NCBI GenBank assembly: GCA_951406725.2
Contig: OX597822.1
Coordinates: 58,838,001-58,902,000, forward strand
Source of the DNA: Octopus vulgaris
Lineage: Eukaryota
Direction of reading: 5' to 3'
DNA length: 64,000 bases
How positions within the stretch are numbered: the stretch's first letter is position 1; every line of letters starts with the position of its first letter. Positions 51,299 through 64,000 of this stretch are shown piece after piece. Under the pieces are notes generated by a model that saw nothing but the letters and a program-made list of their open reading frames with translations, did not search any database and was not told the DNA's origin. Position numbers and translations under genes: made by a program.

Positions 51299-54200
51299 CA
51301 TCATGGAGAAATATTACTTTACTTGAAAACAGGTAAGAATTGGTAACAGGAAGGGCATCTGGCTATAGAGAATCTGCCTCAACGAATTCCATCTGACCAT
51401 GTAAACATGAAAATAAGGGGACGTTAAAATGGTGATGATGATTTAGAAAGGGAAGAAGTCCAGTGCTCATGGCTGAAACAGACATTGTGTAGCACCTTGG
51501 GCAAGTGTCATCTACTATGACCCTAATATAACCAAAGCCTTCTCAGCAGATTTAGTAGACAGAAGCATACAACTTATGCATAAAATTGCATGTAATATGA
51601 AGAAAAATGGTCTTCATTCAATGAAATATATGAAACATTGATTTGGCTTGTCTTTTCCTTAATCAAAATAATTGATTTTCATTTTGTGAGGGTTATAACA
51701 TACCTATTTGATATACATTGCCTTGGATTGGCAGCAAAAATGTTCCTTTAATAATTAACCAAAGTATAACAAATCATTCTTTGGTTAATTAAAAAATGTA
51801 ACCTTTATACTATTTGAATACTGCAAGCCAGGTTTCTGTATGAAGTGCTGCTGAGGTGATGGTTAGGCTATTACTTATCTCCCCAATTATTGTGTGTGTG
51901 TGTGAGAGAGAGAGAGAGAAAGAGTGCGTGTTTGTATCTCTTTGTCTTGACATTGCACGATTGCTGTAAGTGAATGTCATTCCTTTCCAATATTCTGTGG
52001 AATCATGTCTGGCCATAAGAAAATATTACCTTGCTTGGAAACGAGTAAGTTTTGGTGGCAAGGAGGGCATTTGACTGTAGAAAATCTGCCTCAATGGACT
52101 CTATCAAAGTTATCCAAACATGGAAAAGTGCATGTTAAAACAATGATGTTGTTGTTGTTTAGTTCTGACATGGCAGTGACATATGCTCAAAGGCATTCTA
52201 CCCATGGCCATCCTGTTTTTTTTCAGGAGTATATAAGACTAATATGTCTTTTCCTTACTTAAGACACTAGGATACGATTTCAGATAGATCAGGTTGCTAT
52301 GTCTAGCAGGTTGATGATGCCTGTGGAGGGAGAGGTGGAACTCCAGAGAATTGTGGTTATGAGGTAGAAGGATAGAGCAAAATGTGTAATATGGGGTTTG
52401 TGGAAAGCACAGATGTGGTAAGGACAATGAACAACTACTACTTCTACTAACTACCACCAGTTATTAGTAGAACTTTTAATCATTGATTATATTCAATCCA
52501 TCATCAATTTATTGTTGTTGATATTCTCTTGGGAAGACAATGTTCAAATGTTCTAATGAAAACCAATTCCATCACTTATTCTTTGTTCTTTCAAGTGCCT
52601 TTTGGAAGACATCCAACAAGCCACCAATATAAAGTTGGAACCTCAATAGGACATCTTGACCCACTAGAAATAGTAGCTTAATTTCACAACTAGCATCTTT
52701 AAAAGAAAAGACATATTAGAGACAATGTAGTCTCAGACACAATATGTTTGAAAAAAAAAATGAGGAAAATAATGGAAATAGTGCCTTTAATCATAGATCT
52801 GCTGTATCATGGGCAACTTGTAGAGTTAAAAAAAAATCAACCAATGTATTTTCAAAGTCAAAGTGCAAATGTGACTGAGTGGTTAAGAAGCTTGCTTCTG
52901 GGTTCAGTCCTACTATGTGGTACCTTGGGTAAGTGTTTTTTACTGTAGTGAGCTGAGCAAAACCATGTCAGTGGGTTTGGCAGACAGAAACTGAAAGTAG
53001 CCAGTCATGTGCACATATGCATATGTACATACATGTTGGTATCTCGTTGACTTGAGATCATGTGATTGTTGTAAATGAGTACAACCATGATACAAGTGGT
53101 GTCCTTTGCTTCAATCTTCTGTGAAATCATATTCAGCCATGCGAAAAAATTACCTTATAAACAGGTGAGGGTTGGTGATAGGAAGAACATCTGACTGTAG
53201 AAAATCTACTTCAAAGAATTCTGTCTGACCCATGCAAGTATGGAAAAAAAGGACATTAAAACAATGATGGAATCAATAAAATTCCTCCTTTTGTTCTTCT
53301 ATTAATAAAATATTCACTTATGACAGAAATAAGGGCACAAATTTGGGGAGAAGGGTAGGGTTCAATATGTGGATCCCAGTACTTGACTGATACTTTATAG
53401 GATTTCAATACAGAACATAAAATGATCTAACTAAATTCCACAAACCATTTTGTTCATAGTGCTAAAAAGCCTGCCAACTCCCTGCTCTTACCAACTATGA
53501 ATAAACCAACAAGTGTCTTTTTGTGGACACTTGGTTTGCTAGAAATAGGTGCCAGATATTTTTCTAATCACAATCTATCATCTTGGAAAAATGACAGGAT
53601 GGTCATGGCTGAAATGTCCTTGTTCATAAGCTTGCTTCATCAGGGCTGATCCAGAGTGAAAAATGCTGTATGTCCCTATTTTAATTGCCCCATGATATTT
53701 TGTTATCAGGTTTGATGTTATTGTTTAGCCTCAGGTCAGCCCCATTTAAGGTGACTGACATGGGGCTATGAGCAAAGACATTCCACATGTTTACACAAAG
53801 CATCTAGGATAGAACAGTTGAATTTTGGGGAAGATTTAGCTACTGTTTTTAACAAAACTAACCACCACCTTGAGGTAACAGCAAGCTGACTCCTAATTAT
53901 TTTAATAATCTTCACTGTCCTAATAGCAAAGAACTCTACACAAAATTTTTGGGTTATGTTTTTAATTGTGGAAGGATGAATGGCAAGACTAACTCTATAT
54001 TTCTTTATTACGATTATACAATCTAGCATGAAGTGAACTCAAAACAGTGAAGAATCAAAGTAAATTCTACAAAGCATTTAGCTTGACTTGCCATCTACAC
54101 CAATCCATTCTCACAAGAAAAAACAAAAAAAAAATGCAAAACAAAGAAATCTTGATATTCAAGTGCTAAATCATAACATTACCACTTGTCTCAAGCAGAT

Positions 54201-55107
54201 TTTACTCTTGCAAGCATTCTGACTAGAGAATATCCACTTCTTTTGGTGCAGATTTTTGGGAAGGATGTCAACCCCATTAGTCTGAGAAGATGTGGGTTGG
54301 TAATAAGCTAAATGAAATTAATGAGTATATTGGTTATGTGACTACTGTGAAAAATTAAGAGCAACTTTTTCCCCACACTAAAATCAACATAAGCAGGTCA
54401 AAGCTATTCAGCTGTTCTGTAATTACATCAGCTGTCAGAGATATACACAAAAAATATATACACATATAAGAAATATATTCTAATATGTTAAATGTATTTT
54501 ATTTTTTAACATATGGGAAATTAAAAATGACTTAACCAATTTAGCATTTAAACTGGTCATATCTGGCCAAAATGTTCTCTTTGTTTTAAGCTTAAACTGG
54601 CAAAATAGTCTCTTACACTTACCCTAAAATGTCAAATTAAAAGTAAACAATCCCATAATCAAAATCTCAAAGTTACAAAATAATAATTAAGCATTAAATT
54701 TGATAAACTAATTTGAATGCTGAAGTCTCAAGAGTATTCCTCCATGTCTGATGACAATAGGTATTTGTTTATCTAGAGTTTGGATTCTGTAACTAGGATT
54801 ACCCAAGCAAGAGGAAAAGGTACCTATAGGGGTGTTCGAGAAGTCAGGAGGATGTGCACCTCAGACAAACAGACTCAAGGATAACATTACAAGAGTGAGC
54901 AGAAGAACCTTCGAGAACAATGTGGAAGCAACAAAGAAGGCATCTAGGCAGCTCTGGTTAAAAAGAGTAAACTGGTAGGGTCAGGAGAAAGCTATGAGGA
55001 GACAGGCTGAGATTTAATCAGCCTCAGTTGGGTTGCCTGGGTGAGGGTGTATTTTAAAAGTGCCAAAATGTTCAGTGGCTTCATAATACAATCCTAATAA
55101 TGTATGC

Positions 55108-55161
<54 letters not shown>

Positions 55162-55737
55162 TCAAATTTTGGCACAAGGCCAGCTATTCTGGGGGAAAGG
55201 TTAAGTTGATAACATTAACCCTGAAAAGATGAAAGGTAAAGTTGACCTTGGCAGAATTTGAACTCACAAAGTAAAGATGGACCAAGTGCTGCTGATCATT
55301 TTGCTCAGCATGATAATGATTCTGCCAGCTCGCCTTATATATAAATGAAATGATCAGGTATCATCAAACACAAATATGAATAATGTAATTGCAGCTGAAA
55401 AAGTGGGAATGGGGAGAACTGATAACACAAGACACATCTGCAAAAGGAAAAACAAAATTCAGCTACGAAACTCATAAGGAAAAAGATAGCACCAGGGCTA
55501 GCGAAGAGATGGGAAAGATGTGCACCCAAAATTAGATGGAGTCAATGATAAAATTATTGAAGTAAGCAGGAGAAGAGCAATCAAGGACATGGATATTGCA
55601 GAGATGGTGGCTAACAACAGGTGACTGGTGAGCTCAGATGAATGTTCTTTGGACAGAAGCTGAGGTTTGGGTTCCTTGGATAAGAGTGAATGTTGCAAGA
55701 CCAAAATCACTAGGTAACTACAGGATACAACACTGGG

Positions 55738-56111
55738 ATTGGAAGCACTCCGTCGGTTACGACGATGAGGGTTCCGGTTGATTCGAATCAACGGAACAGC
55801 CTGCTCGTGAAATTAACGTGTAAGTGGCTGAGCACTCCACAGACACGTGCACCCTTAACGTAGTTCTCGGGGATATTCAGCGTGACACAGAGAGTGACAA
55901 GACCGGCCCCTTAAAATACAGGTACAACAGAAACAGGAAGTAAGAGCGAGAGAAAGTTGTGGTGAAAGAGTACAGCAGGGATCACCACCATCCCCTGCCG
56001 GAGCCTCGTGGAGCTTTTCAGGTGTTTTCGCTCAATAAACACTCACAACGCCCGGTCTGGGAATCGAAACCGCGAGTCCGCTGCCCTAACCACTGGGCCA
56101 TTGCGCCTCCA
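55738..56111 (-). mobile_element. SINE family D (tRNA-derived)
   Basis: The reverse strand starts GGAGGCGCAATGGCCCAGTGG (A box) and has GGTTTCGATTCCC (B box). About 370 bp and CpG-rich. Confidence 0.75.
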
Positions 56112-56950
56112 CATACAACACTAATGATGTGTCCAAGTATGAACATCTGTAGGTATATAGAAAAACTGTTTTCCCAGAATTTGCATACATAATAGAATTT
56201 AAAAAAACCCCACAAAACAATATTTAGTAAAAAGATAGACTAATTAATATGCAACATGAATTTTTTTCTCTCATTCGACAAGAGAATTCCCTCTCATTAA
56301 AAAAAAAATGATTCATTCATTCATCTGAAAAAGCAGTGGATTGGCAGAATTAATACAGCGTAAAGGCGAGCCGGCAGAAATGTTAGCACGCCGGGCGAAA
56401 TGCTTAGCAGTATTTCGTCTGTCTTTAGGTTCTGAGTTCAAATTCCAGCGAGGTCGACTTTGCCTTTCATCCTTTCGGGATTGATAAATTAAGTACCAGT
56501 TGCGTACTGGGGTCGATCTAATCGACTGCCCCCTCCCCCATAATTTCGGACCCTGTGCCTAGAGTAGAAAAGAATCAGCAGCAGATTGAAAAGATCCAGT
56601 ATTCCTATACATCCTAAGTTCAAATTCTGCCAAAGTTGGTTTTATTTTTCATGCATCTTAGCATCAAAAGAATTAAGTGTATTCTTCCCCTCAACTTTGT
56701 AACTCTGTCCAGTGAAAGGAAATCCTCAATTTGCTGTTACAGAGGGAAGAGCTACCTGCAAAGCATTTGTAGTGTTATTGAATGTCTGATAGGGGAGGGG
56801 TTACAGTAACGAGGTTGGAGAGAGGTTTTCACTGGTTCACGGTATTTTCAATGGCACGTCAAATGGAAACTTAAATGGAATATCATAAGGTAAGAGATAT
56901 GTATCCCGTGTGTGACTATGTATATATATATATACATACACACACACACA

Positions 56951-57068
56951 CGAGGGGTGCTGTAGAGTTCTTGGCTTTGAGTAACAGAAAATGCAGGAGG
57001 ATTAAATCAACATATTCCCCTCTCAGATTCACACTCTAATTGCAGCGGTCCTTCAGTTTTTCCAAGCC

Positions 57069-57113
<45 letters not shown>

Positions 57114-57290
57114 AGGGGGTGCTAAAATGTTCCTGGCTTTAAGGGTGTCGCGAAAGGCCTGGTTGGAAGCCCAACCTCCCGAGTTCGTTTACAGAGCTTG
57201 GAAAAACTGAAGGACCGCTGCAATTAGTGTGTGAATCTGAGAGGGGAATATGTTGATTTAATCCTCCTGTATTTTCTGTTACTCAAATCC
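56951..57290. mobile_element. Two inverted copies of a mariner-derived MITE
   Basis: About 56977-57067 is the reverse complement of about 57196-57287. Ends are CGAGGGG-like, and the plus copy encodes a LEKLKDRCN.CVNLRGEYVD-like transposase tail. Confidence 0.7.
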
Positions 57291-58483
57291 CAACGGTATC
57301 GACTTTAGTTTTCATATTCCTAGGGGTGGGAGATAAAGTACCAATCATGTACTGGAAGGAGTTCACACACTCCCAGCAAAATGTATAGCTTAGTACTCAA
57401 TGATAGGAAAACAGAAATACTAATGAAGCGTATTTTTTTCTTTTGAGGATTTATTAAAATTTTAAAGCGATAAAACATATCAAAAGAAAAACGAAGCAGC
57501 ATAATGAACAGAAGTTGCAAAGGAAATTCTCGACCAAGAAATAATTATGTAAATATGATATAAAAGGCAAGAATATGGTTCACTGGTAACGCCTTCAAAA
57601 TAAAGCTTTTCTGGGTTGCATTTTAATTTATGATAGTCTATTTTGTTGTTGCTAGTGTTGTTATTGTTATAGTTAGTTCCGGGTCAGCCCTGATCCAACA
57701 GATATATGACCAAACGTTTTCCCACCTTGACAATCCACATTATTGAAAAAGCTCTTCCTTTTAAAGACCTGGGGGTGATTTGGTTGTAAGATCATGTAAT
57801 TGCGTAGGGGCCCATTCATTGGCTTATGCTATCTATCTGTATAACAAATATATAATACAGAATATATCTCTAGTTTAGTCCAAGGGCAGCTCTCTGTTCT
57901 CGTCGGGTGGAGGCGAGCAACATAATATCTCCTAATCATGCCCTTCGGTGTATTAGTTTAAGACAGTATGGGTTCATTATACAATGGGCTGTTTTTCTTT
58001 TTAAAGACCGTAGGGACTCGTTTGAGGGTGATTTGACTGTTATTTCTAACAGGTGTTATGATCTCACAGGTGTTCTTGTTTGGAAAACCATTTTGTTAGG
58101 TGTTAGTACTGAAAACATCCACAGAAAGAGAACTACGAAAGAAAAAAATTGGGAGGTAACCCCTACTTCGATTACACAAGAATATAAAGATATATAGAAA
58201 GGAAGCATGAATAACCAACCTGAAAGAGATATGAAACTGATGTGGTTTGTAGTGTGGTTTGCTGTCACTTTTAAATCCAACAACGAACTTCAATTTATGT
58301 TCAAGAGACGGCACAAGCAATGTAATATCATAATAGTGATAGAAACACCTTTACAATGGATCTGGTTGTTTTTTGGGGGCAAAATACGTTTATAAATGCA
58401 ATGAAGTTACTCGGAACGATTTCCAAACGTTAGCGTAGGAAAGGAGAATGTATTTAAAAAGCAACAACAACCAAGTCCACTAT

Positions 58484-58570
58484 ATCAACTTCCGGTGATG
58501 ACGACGAAGCGGAAGTTGATACATAGTAACTTGTCAACTTCCAATGGTGCTGACACAGCGGAAATTGACA
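58484..58570. promoter_or_regulatory. ETS/GABP-type motif cluster, candidate promoter of the minus-strand VMAC-like gene
   Basis: ACTTCCGG (58488), GCGGAAGT (58509), ACTTCC and GCGGAAAT form two inverted pairs, and CpGs are retained locally. Confidence 0.5.
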
Positions 58571-59397
58571 TGGTATCGTAACACGTACACGCACTACCAA
58601 CATACCTATGTATATGTGTGAGCGCGTGTGCACATGTCCGTATGTAACTGATCCAGTTTAGTCTGTCCGATGAACCGACCGGACGCCGGAGAAACTCCAG
58701 TCATCTGGATCAGCCGATATACATATAATTCTTGTTTGGAATGTTGGATTTTGAAGCAGAAAAACTATAAAAAGTAACGTGTAAAATATTGGGTTTAAAA
58801 GACATTTTGGATAGAAAAAGTCGAAGGCTCCATTTGGGACTCGAACCCACATCTGTAATCACGGCAGGCGTTCTACGACGTCAATAATACACACACAATT
58901 TCAACCATCTTCCACCACACACACAAAAAACAGGTTTTATGCTCTTTCATGAATTATTATTATCATCAAAAATGCCTAGGGGTATTTAAATTATGTCCCT
59001 TCCCATTCTCAGTTCAAACCTCACCAAAGATGACTTTATCTTTCATTTTTCTTGGCTCGATAGAATTAAGGACTAGTAAAGTATAGAGTCAATAAGCACC
59101 CGTACACCTCCCAGTAAAAATTTTTTATCACTTTGCATATGTTTAAAAACTATTAAGCACCTCGGATGAAATACTTAGTAGCATTTCTCCCGGCTCATTT
59201 ACATTCTGAGTTGATGTACCGTCGAGGTCAACTGTATCTCTTATACTTTCTGTGTTGACAAAAATAAAGTCCCAGTCAAGTACTGGGATCTATATAGTCG
59301 GCTAGCCCTCTCCCTCGAAAATTACTGGTCTTGTGCCAAAATTTGAAACAATTAGTAAAATTTTTATATTTCTTCTTAACACAGTGGCAAAACTACC

Positions 59398-59580
59398 ATC
59401 CAATCAGAATGAATTTTAGTTTCACTTCTAGTACTATCAGCCAATGAAACAACAGTTTATATATACACATATCACTTAGGATGTTTTGCTTTTCGTCTTG
59501 TTCTTTCCTTCTTCTAGTGAGAAGAGGAGGAGGGGGAGAAGCTTTGGATCATCTTTTCGCGCCATTTTCTTCAAAGCGGC
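59398..59580 (+). promoter_or_regulatory. ASF1 promoter / 5' region: two CCAAT boxes plus E2F-, YY1- and CHR-like sites
   Basis: CCAAT at 59400 and 59441, TTTTCGCGC at 59554-59562 overlapping CGCCATTTT, and TTCAAA at 59570. Confidence 0.55.
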
Positions 59581-59745
59581 GCATTCCCCCCTATTTTACA
59601 GAGTTGAAGAGTTATTTTCCTCTCCACCAAGTCTTTATGTAAATATAGTCTATCGAATATTATTGCCTTTTTTTTCTTCCTTTCTTTCTCACCACCATTG
59701 TGTCGGCGAGGTTTCTAATTGCTCCAGTCTCACCACAAATTCATC

Positions 59746-59854
59746 ATGGCCAAAGTTAACATTAGCAATGTGGTCGTCCTAGATAATCCTTCACCTTTTT
59801 TGAATCCGTTCCAATTCGAAATCACGTTTGAGTGTTTGGAAGACTTGCCAGAAG
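59746..59854 (+). CDS. ASF1: Histone H3-H4 chaperone ASF1, coding exon 1
   Basis: MAKVNISNVVVLDNPSPFLNPFQFEITFECLEDLPE-G|GTGAGA is the ASF1 N-terminus; 109 nt, phase 1. Confidence 0.97.
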
Positions 59855-61877
59855 GTGAGAATGGAATTACTATTTCTTCTTCATCCTTTACAAATCTCTT
59901 TGTTCAGCGAAATTATCGAAGTTCAATCTATTCGTATTGAGTTCCACTTTACCTGAAATCGATTTTTTTTAAAGCGAAACAAACAAGGAGAGGTGTTATT
60001 TTTAAAGAAACTTAAAGTTTGATTTTTTTTTTTCCTTGACAGTTTATTCTATATTCTATTTAATATCCGTCTTTAAATGTATGATGTTCTCAACTGATTA
60101 AATATAATTTGGTGTATAATGAAACTTCTTTCTTTCAGTCTGAAATTGTTATATTTCCTCCGAGAAAATACTTATAAACTTCATTAGTATTTTAAAAATT
60201 AGGAGTAACTAACTATATGTATTTAAATTAAATATAGCTTTTAAGTAGTTTTCAAATCACAAGCCTATTTAACTTCTATGGGAAAGGAATTTTTTTTAGC
60301 TTGCTCTTATATGTATATATAACGTCGCGCACTTTTATACCTAGTTTGTAGTGATTTTTTTCTTATAATGCTTTTTTTTTTCTCTTATGAGAAACTCTTA
60401 AAAGGTATAGAAAGTTATTTCATTTGACTTTTTTATACTATGTCTCTGCAATAAAAGAAAAAAAAATGTTATTGGTGAGGATTTCTGAGTTAGTTGTGTC
60501 GACCAAGTTATTTAAAGTATGTGGCCAGTTTCTTAACTTTTTTTTTTCCATGGTCATACTTTGAATGTTTGGGACGTCTTATTCCACAAAAATTGCACCA
60601 GTTAAGTTAAAGTATGAATGACTGAAAAAGTAACTACTAGAAATAATTTTATGAAAGAATCTTGTTACCATGACAGCGTATATGTATAATCGAATTCTAA
60701 AATCTTTACTAAGGCCGAACTGTTATACTCACAAAAATTTCGGTACGTGGGTTTACAGATTTGTTTAGAAACAACACTTTTCAAACAATACACCTTACAT
60801 CTGAAGTATTAGCTTCAAAGATTACAATTTTTTTTCAGTAAATTATGCCAGAAGTCTATTTAAATTATTTCTTCGTCATGGAACCGTTGTTATAATTAAA
60901 GACGATGTACCTGATTGAATTTACTGAAATACAGTACAGTATAGCCTGTGCTTCGCTAAGGAGATCCAATATAACCAAAACCTGTCCACACTTGTTTCCC
61001 GGGTGTATAGAAGCCTCATAATAATCTAACACAGGCACTAAGGCCTCAAATTTTGCGGGAGAGTGTTGATTCGTATTTTGTCATTTTTTTTCTTCTTCAT
61101 CGCATACTTATCCCAGTTAGCTTTCCGATACACCTATAATCTTACATAAACCTATCTCCTAAAAAGTGAAACAGAAAAACCATTCCCCTCTCTTCAGTGA
61201 ATGATAATCTCACCTAGTATAAATCTAAATGCTGTGAACATACATAGCTTTTATCCTGATTGTAGTGTGAAGTATCTTAATGCTGGAGTTAACTGTGTTG
61301 GAGATGACTGAAGAAAGGTATCTTGTGTGACTTCTGAAATATCAAACCTCATCATTTGGTCTTAAAAAGCCCATGATAAAACTAACGCTGTATTTTGGGT
61401 GTATATGTGAAAAATATATGATGTCAGAGAAGAAGGAACATGCCCATAACTATTGTAATCTAAGACGGGTGTGAGATATCATTTTGGATAAATGAAGGGA
61501 AAGACTTTGGTAAAATGAGAACTGGAGCAGGTCTTGTGTGAATATTGGTAACTAGTGGGAACTCTGCTAAAGGAGTCACTTAATTCTTGGAATCATCTCT
61601 GATCCAGAAGACCTATATATTAAAAAAAACCCTGAACATTCTTGCTGCAATCACCCTGTCTTATTTTCAGAAATATATTAGGAATTATATTAATCATTGT
61701 ATATTCCATTTCTTAAGATAAGGTATGATTTGATGGAAGTTTTTTTTTTTTTTGCTATTTCTAGCAGCTCAAATAAACCTTATAGTGCCCTTTGTTGGCT
61801 GAATGTGATGGCCTTCTTTTATGTGAAGTTATGGAAATATTTCACATAGGGAAAATACTTTAGCCAGCAACAAATAT

Positions 61878-62725
61878 TCTTTTCTACTCTAGGCACAAGG
61901 CTCGATATTTTAGGGGAAGGGATCAGTCAATTAGATCGACCCCAGTATGCAACTGGTACTTAATTTATCGACTCCGAAAGGATGAAAGGCAAAATCAACC
62001 TCAGCAGAATTTGAACTCAGAAGGTAAAGACAGACGAAATACCTATTTCTTTACTACCCACAAGGGGCTAAACAGAGAAAGGACAACCGGATTAAGTCGA
62101 TTATATCGACCCCAGTGCGTAACTGGTGCTTACTTAATTGACCCCAAAAGGATGAAAGGCAAAGTCGACCTCGGTGGAATTTGAACTCAGAATGTAGCGG
62201 CAGACGAAATACCACTAAGCATTTCACCCGGTATGCTAACGTTTCTGCCAGCAACTAATATTGCATTGTCTTTCAGCTACCACAGATACGGCCATATATA
62301 CTTTACCTTTTTTACCTTAAGTACCAAAAATGGAGTAAGGATGAAACAAGAAAAAGAGAGAGAGATTTATATTTTCTATATTGTTTGTCATTAAGACTGC
62401 AGCCATGCCAGGTCACTGCTTTGAATTTTTTGTCAAATGAAACAGACCTGGTATGTTTTTATTTTAAAGCCTGATGCCTATTCTCTTGATCTCTTGCTGA
62501 ACTGTTAAGTTACAGGAACGTAAACACACTGACACTGGTTGTCAAGCAGTGGTGGCGGACAAGCACTAACAAAGACACACATATATAATAGGCTTCTTTC
62601 AGTTTCCGTCTACTAAATTCACTGACAAGGCTTTGGTCGATCTGAGGTTATAGTAGAAGACACTTGCCCAAGCTCCACACTGTGGGACTGAACCCAGAAC
62701 CATGTGGTTGGGAAGCAAGCTTCTT
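61878..62725 (-). mobile_element. SINE B composite and SINE A in ASF1 intron 1
   Basis: Family motifs as above, with partial CpG loss. Confidence 0.8.
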
Positions 62726-62729
62726 TATT

Positions 62730-63600
62730 TCATCAAATTTGCCATAAAGACATTACATAGATAGAAGCAGTTTGGATCCACTGTCACCCAGACCCTGGCG
62801 GATAGTGTCCTCTATCCACTCAGGTTCTATCTCCCGGGAGGCAACCCGCAGACCCAAGCTCTTGTCAACTTTCTCCCACCATGTGTGGGAAGAAACAAAA
62901 TCTTTTTGCCCTCTAAAGGCTGGCTTCCAAATTTGTGAGTCTCCTCAGAGGTGCCAACTTGCAACCATTGCATATTTGACCCCCCTGAAGATGAATTTAA
63001 TAGTTGGCAAATACTCTGCTATCTCTTTTTCAATTTGAGTCTTTTGAAAGAGGGCGATGGTGTCGAGCAACTTCGAATAAGTCCTTAACACCACCATCCT
63101 CTCCAAAGTCTTTCATCCACTGTTTGGGTGGGACAATCTCCCACTCCAATGCAGTGTTTGTCTTTTTTGCCATTTTTTTTTTTTTGTAAAAGTTCACCAA
63201 ATAAAAAAAAAACACAAATGCAAGCAGGAAGAAAGAAGACAAGAAGCAGTTGAAAAAAACTCAGCAAGTTATTCTAGACAACTCGGTAATCCTCTTGGTA
63301 AGGGCACAAAACGGTCACACAACAATTTCAGCAAAAAATGGTAAAAAAAATAAGCACAATTTTAGGAGGTGTATTCCCCCAAAACTCACTTCTCACTGCT
63401 AAGTGAGACTTTAAACAAAACTACAGGCAGACAAATGTGTGGAACTCAGTGGAGATTTCTTGTTTGACAAAAATAAACACAAGCAACAAACCATCACTGA
63501 ATCCCCAAAAAACAAATGTCTTACCTTGTAGTTGTGCTTCACTTGTTCAATTATTCACGACGTTAGTGTACAGCGATATGACTCCTAGCAGTGCAAAGTC
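62730..63600 (-). mobile_element. Possible LINE (L1/Tx1-like) 5' UTR and decayed ORF1 start
   Basis: Broken reading frame MAKKTNTALEWEIVPPKQW...REIEPEWIEDTIRQ behind a T-rich leader. No diagnostic motif, so the family is a guess. Confidence 0.3.
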
Positions 63601-63829
63601 AACTAATCCTTGTGGAATTGATAAGAAGCAGTAAAATACTTGAGTTGATAGTTTTGACCTACTACTTGCTTCAAAATTTCTTACTTTGTTTTTCAATCAG
63701 AAACATATTGTACTTTGTGATATATAGTTAAGCCTTTTGTGGTCAACTTAATTTTTTTATCATTTCAGGGTCAATAATTCTGATGAATTTATCTTAGTTT
63801 TTCATCTATTGTTTTGTTATGTTTATTAG

Positions 63830-63945
63830 ATCTTGAGTGGAAAATCATCTATGTTGGCTCTGCAGAAAGCATGGACTATGACCAAGTGCTCGATTCAGTT
63901 CTTGTTGGACCTGTTCCTGGTGGACGACACATGTTTGTGTTTCAA
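63830..63945 (+). CDS. ASF1: Histone chaperone ASF1, coding exon 2
   Basis: Acceptor tttattAG, then (D)[38 protein letters not shown]|GTAAGA; 116 nt, phase-compatible with exon 1. Confidence 0.97.
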
Positions 63946-64000
63946 GTAAGACTTATTTTCTTTTTCTGTATTCTCTTGTATGTAATTTGCTCACGTCTGT

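Noticed and set aside
59719-59940. 73-aa single-exon ORF from the track
   Set aside because: The true start is ATG 59746 and the frame leaves at the GT donor 59855; the remainder is intron read-through.

Overview
AT-rich, intron- and repeat-dominated eukaryotic DNA, not prokaryotic. The SINE families, microsatellites and intron sizes point to a mollusc, most likely an octopus (inferred from repeat recognition, no database check). Host genes: (1) ASF1 histone chaperone on +, with coding exon 1 at 59746-59854 and exon 2 at 63830-63945, continuing beyond the window; (2) a coiled-coil coding exon on - at 37853-38080 resembling VMAC, probably transcribed head-to-head with ASF1 from about 58.4 kb; (3) candidate last exons of an unidentified + strand gene at 810-989; (4) candidate 5' exons of another + strand gene (donor 28323/28324, exon 35682-35762). 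A 100-N gap lies at 36019-36118. The rest is TEs: four tRNA-derived SINE families, a nearly intact DD34D mariner, maT, pogo, piggyBac and Helitron remnants and MITEs, R4/Dong-like and RTE LINEs, a Gypsy integrase with LTR, and several Penelope-like elements. The most notable hidden signal is a set of type I hammerhead ribozyme motifs from at least four unrelated sequence contexts, several inside long fold-back palindromes and one sense-oriented in the inferred VMAC-like intron. Also notable are a ~555-bp non-coding element that sits only in (AAT)n tracts, a pre-miRNA-sized hairpin, and a CpG-decay footprint outlining the inferred gene bodies. Nearly all long ORFs in the supplied track are microsatellite artefacts.
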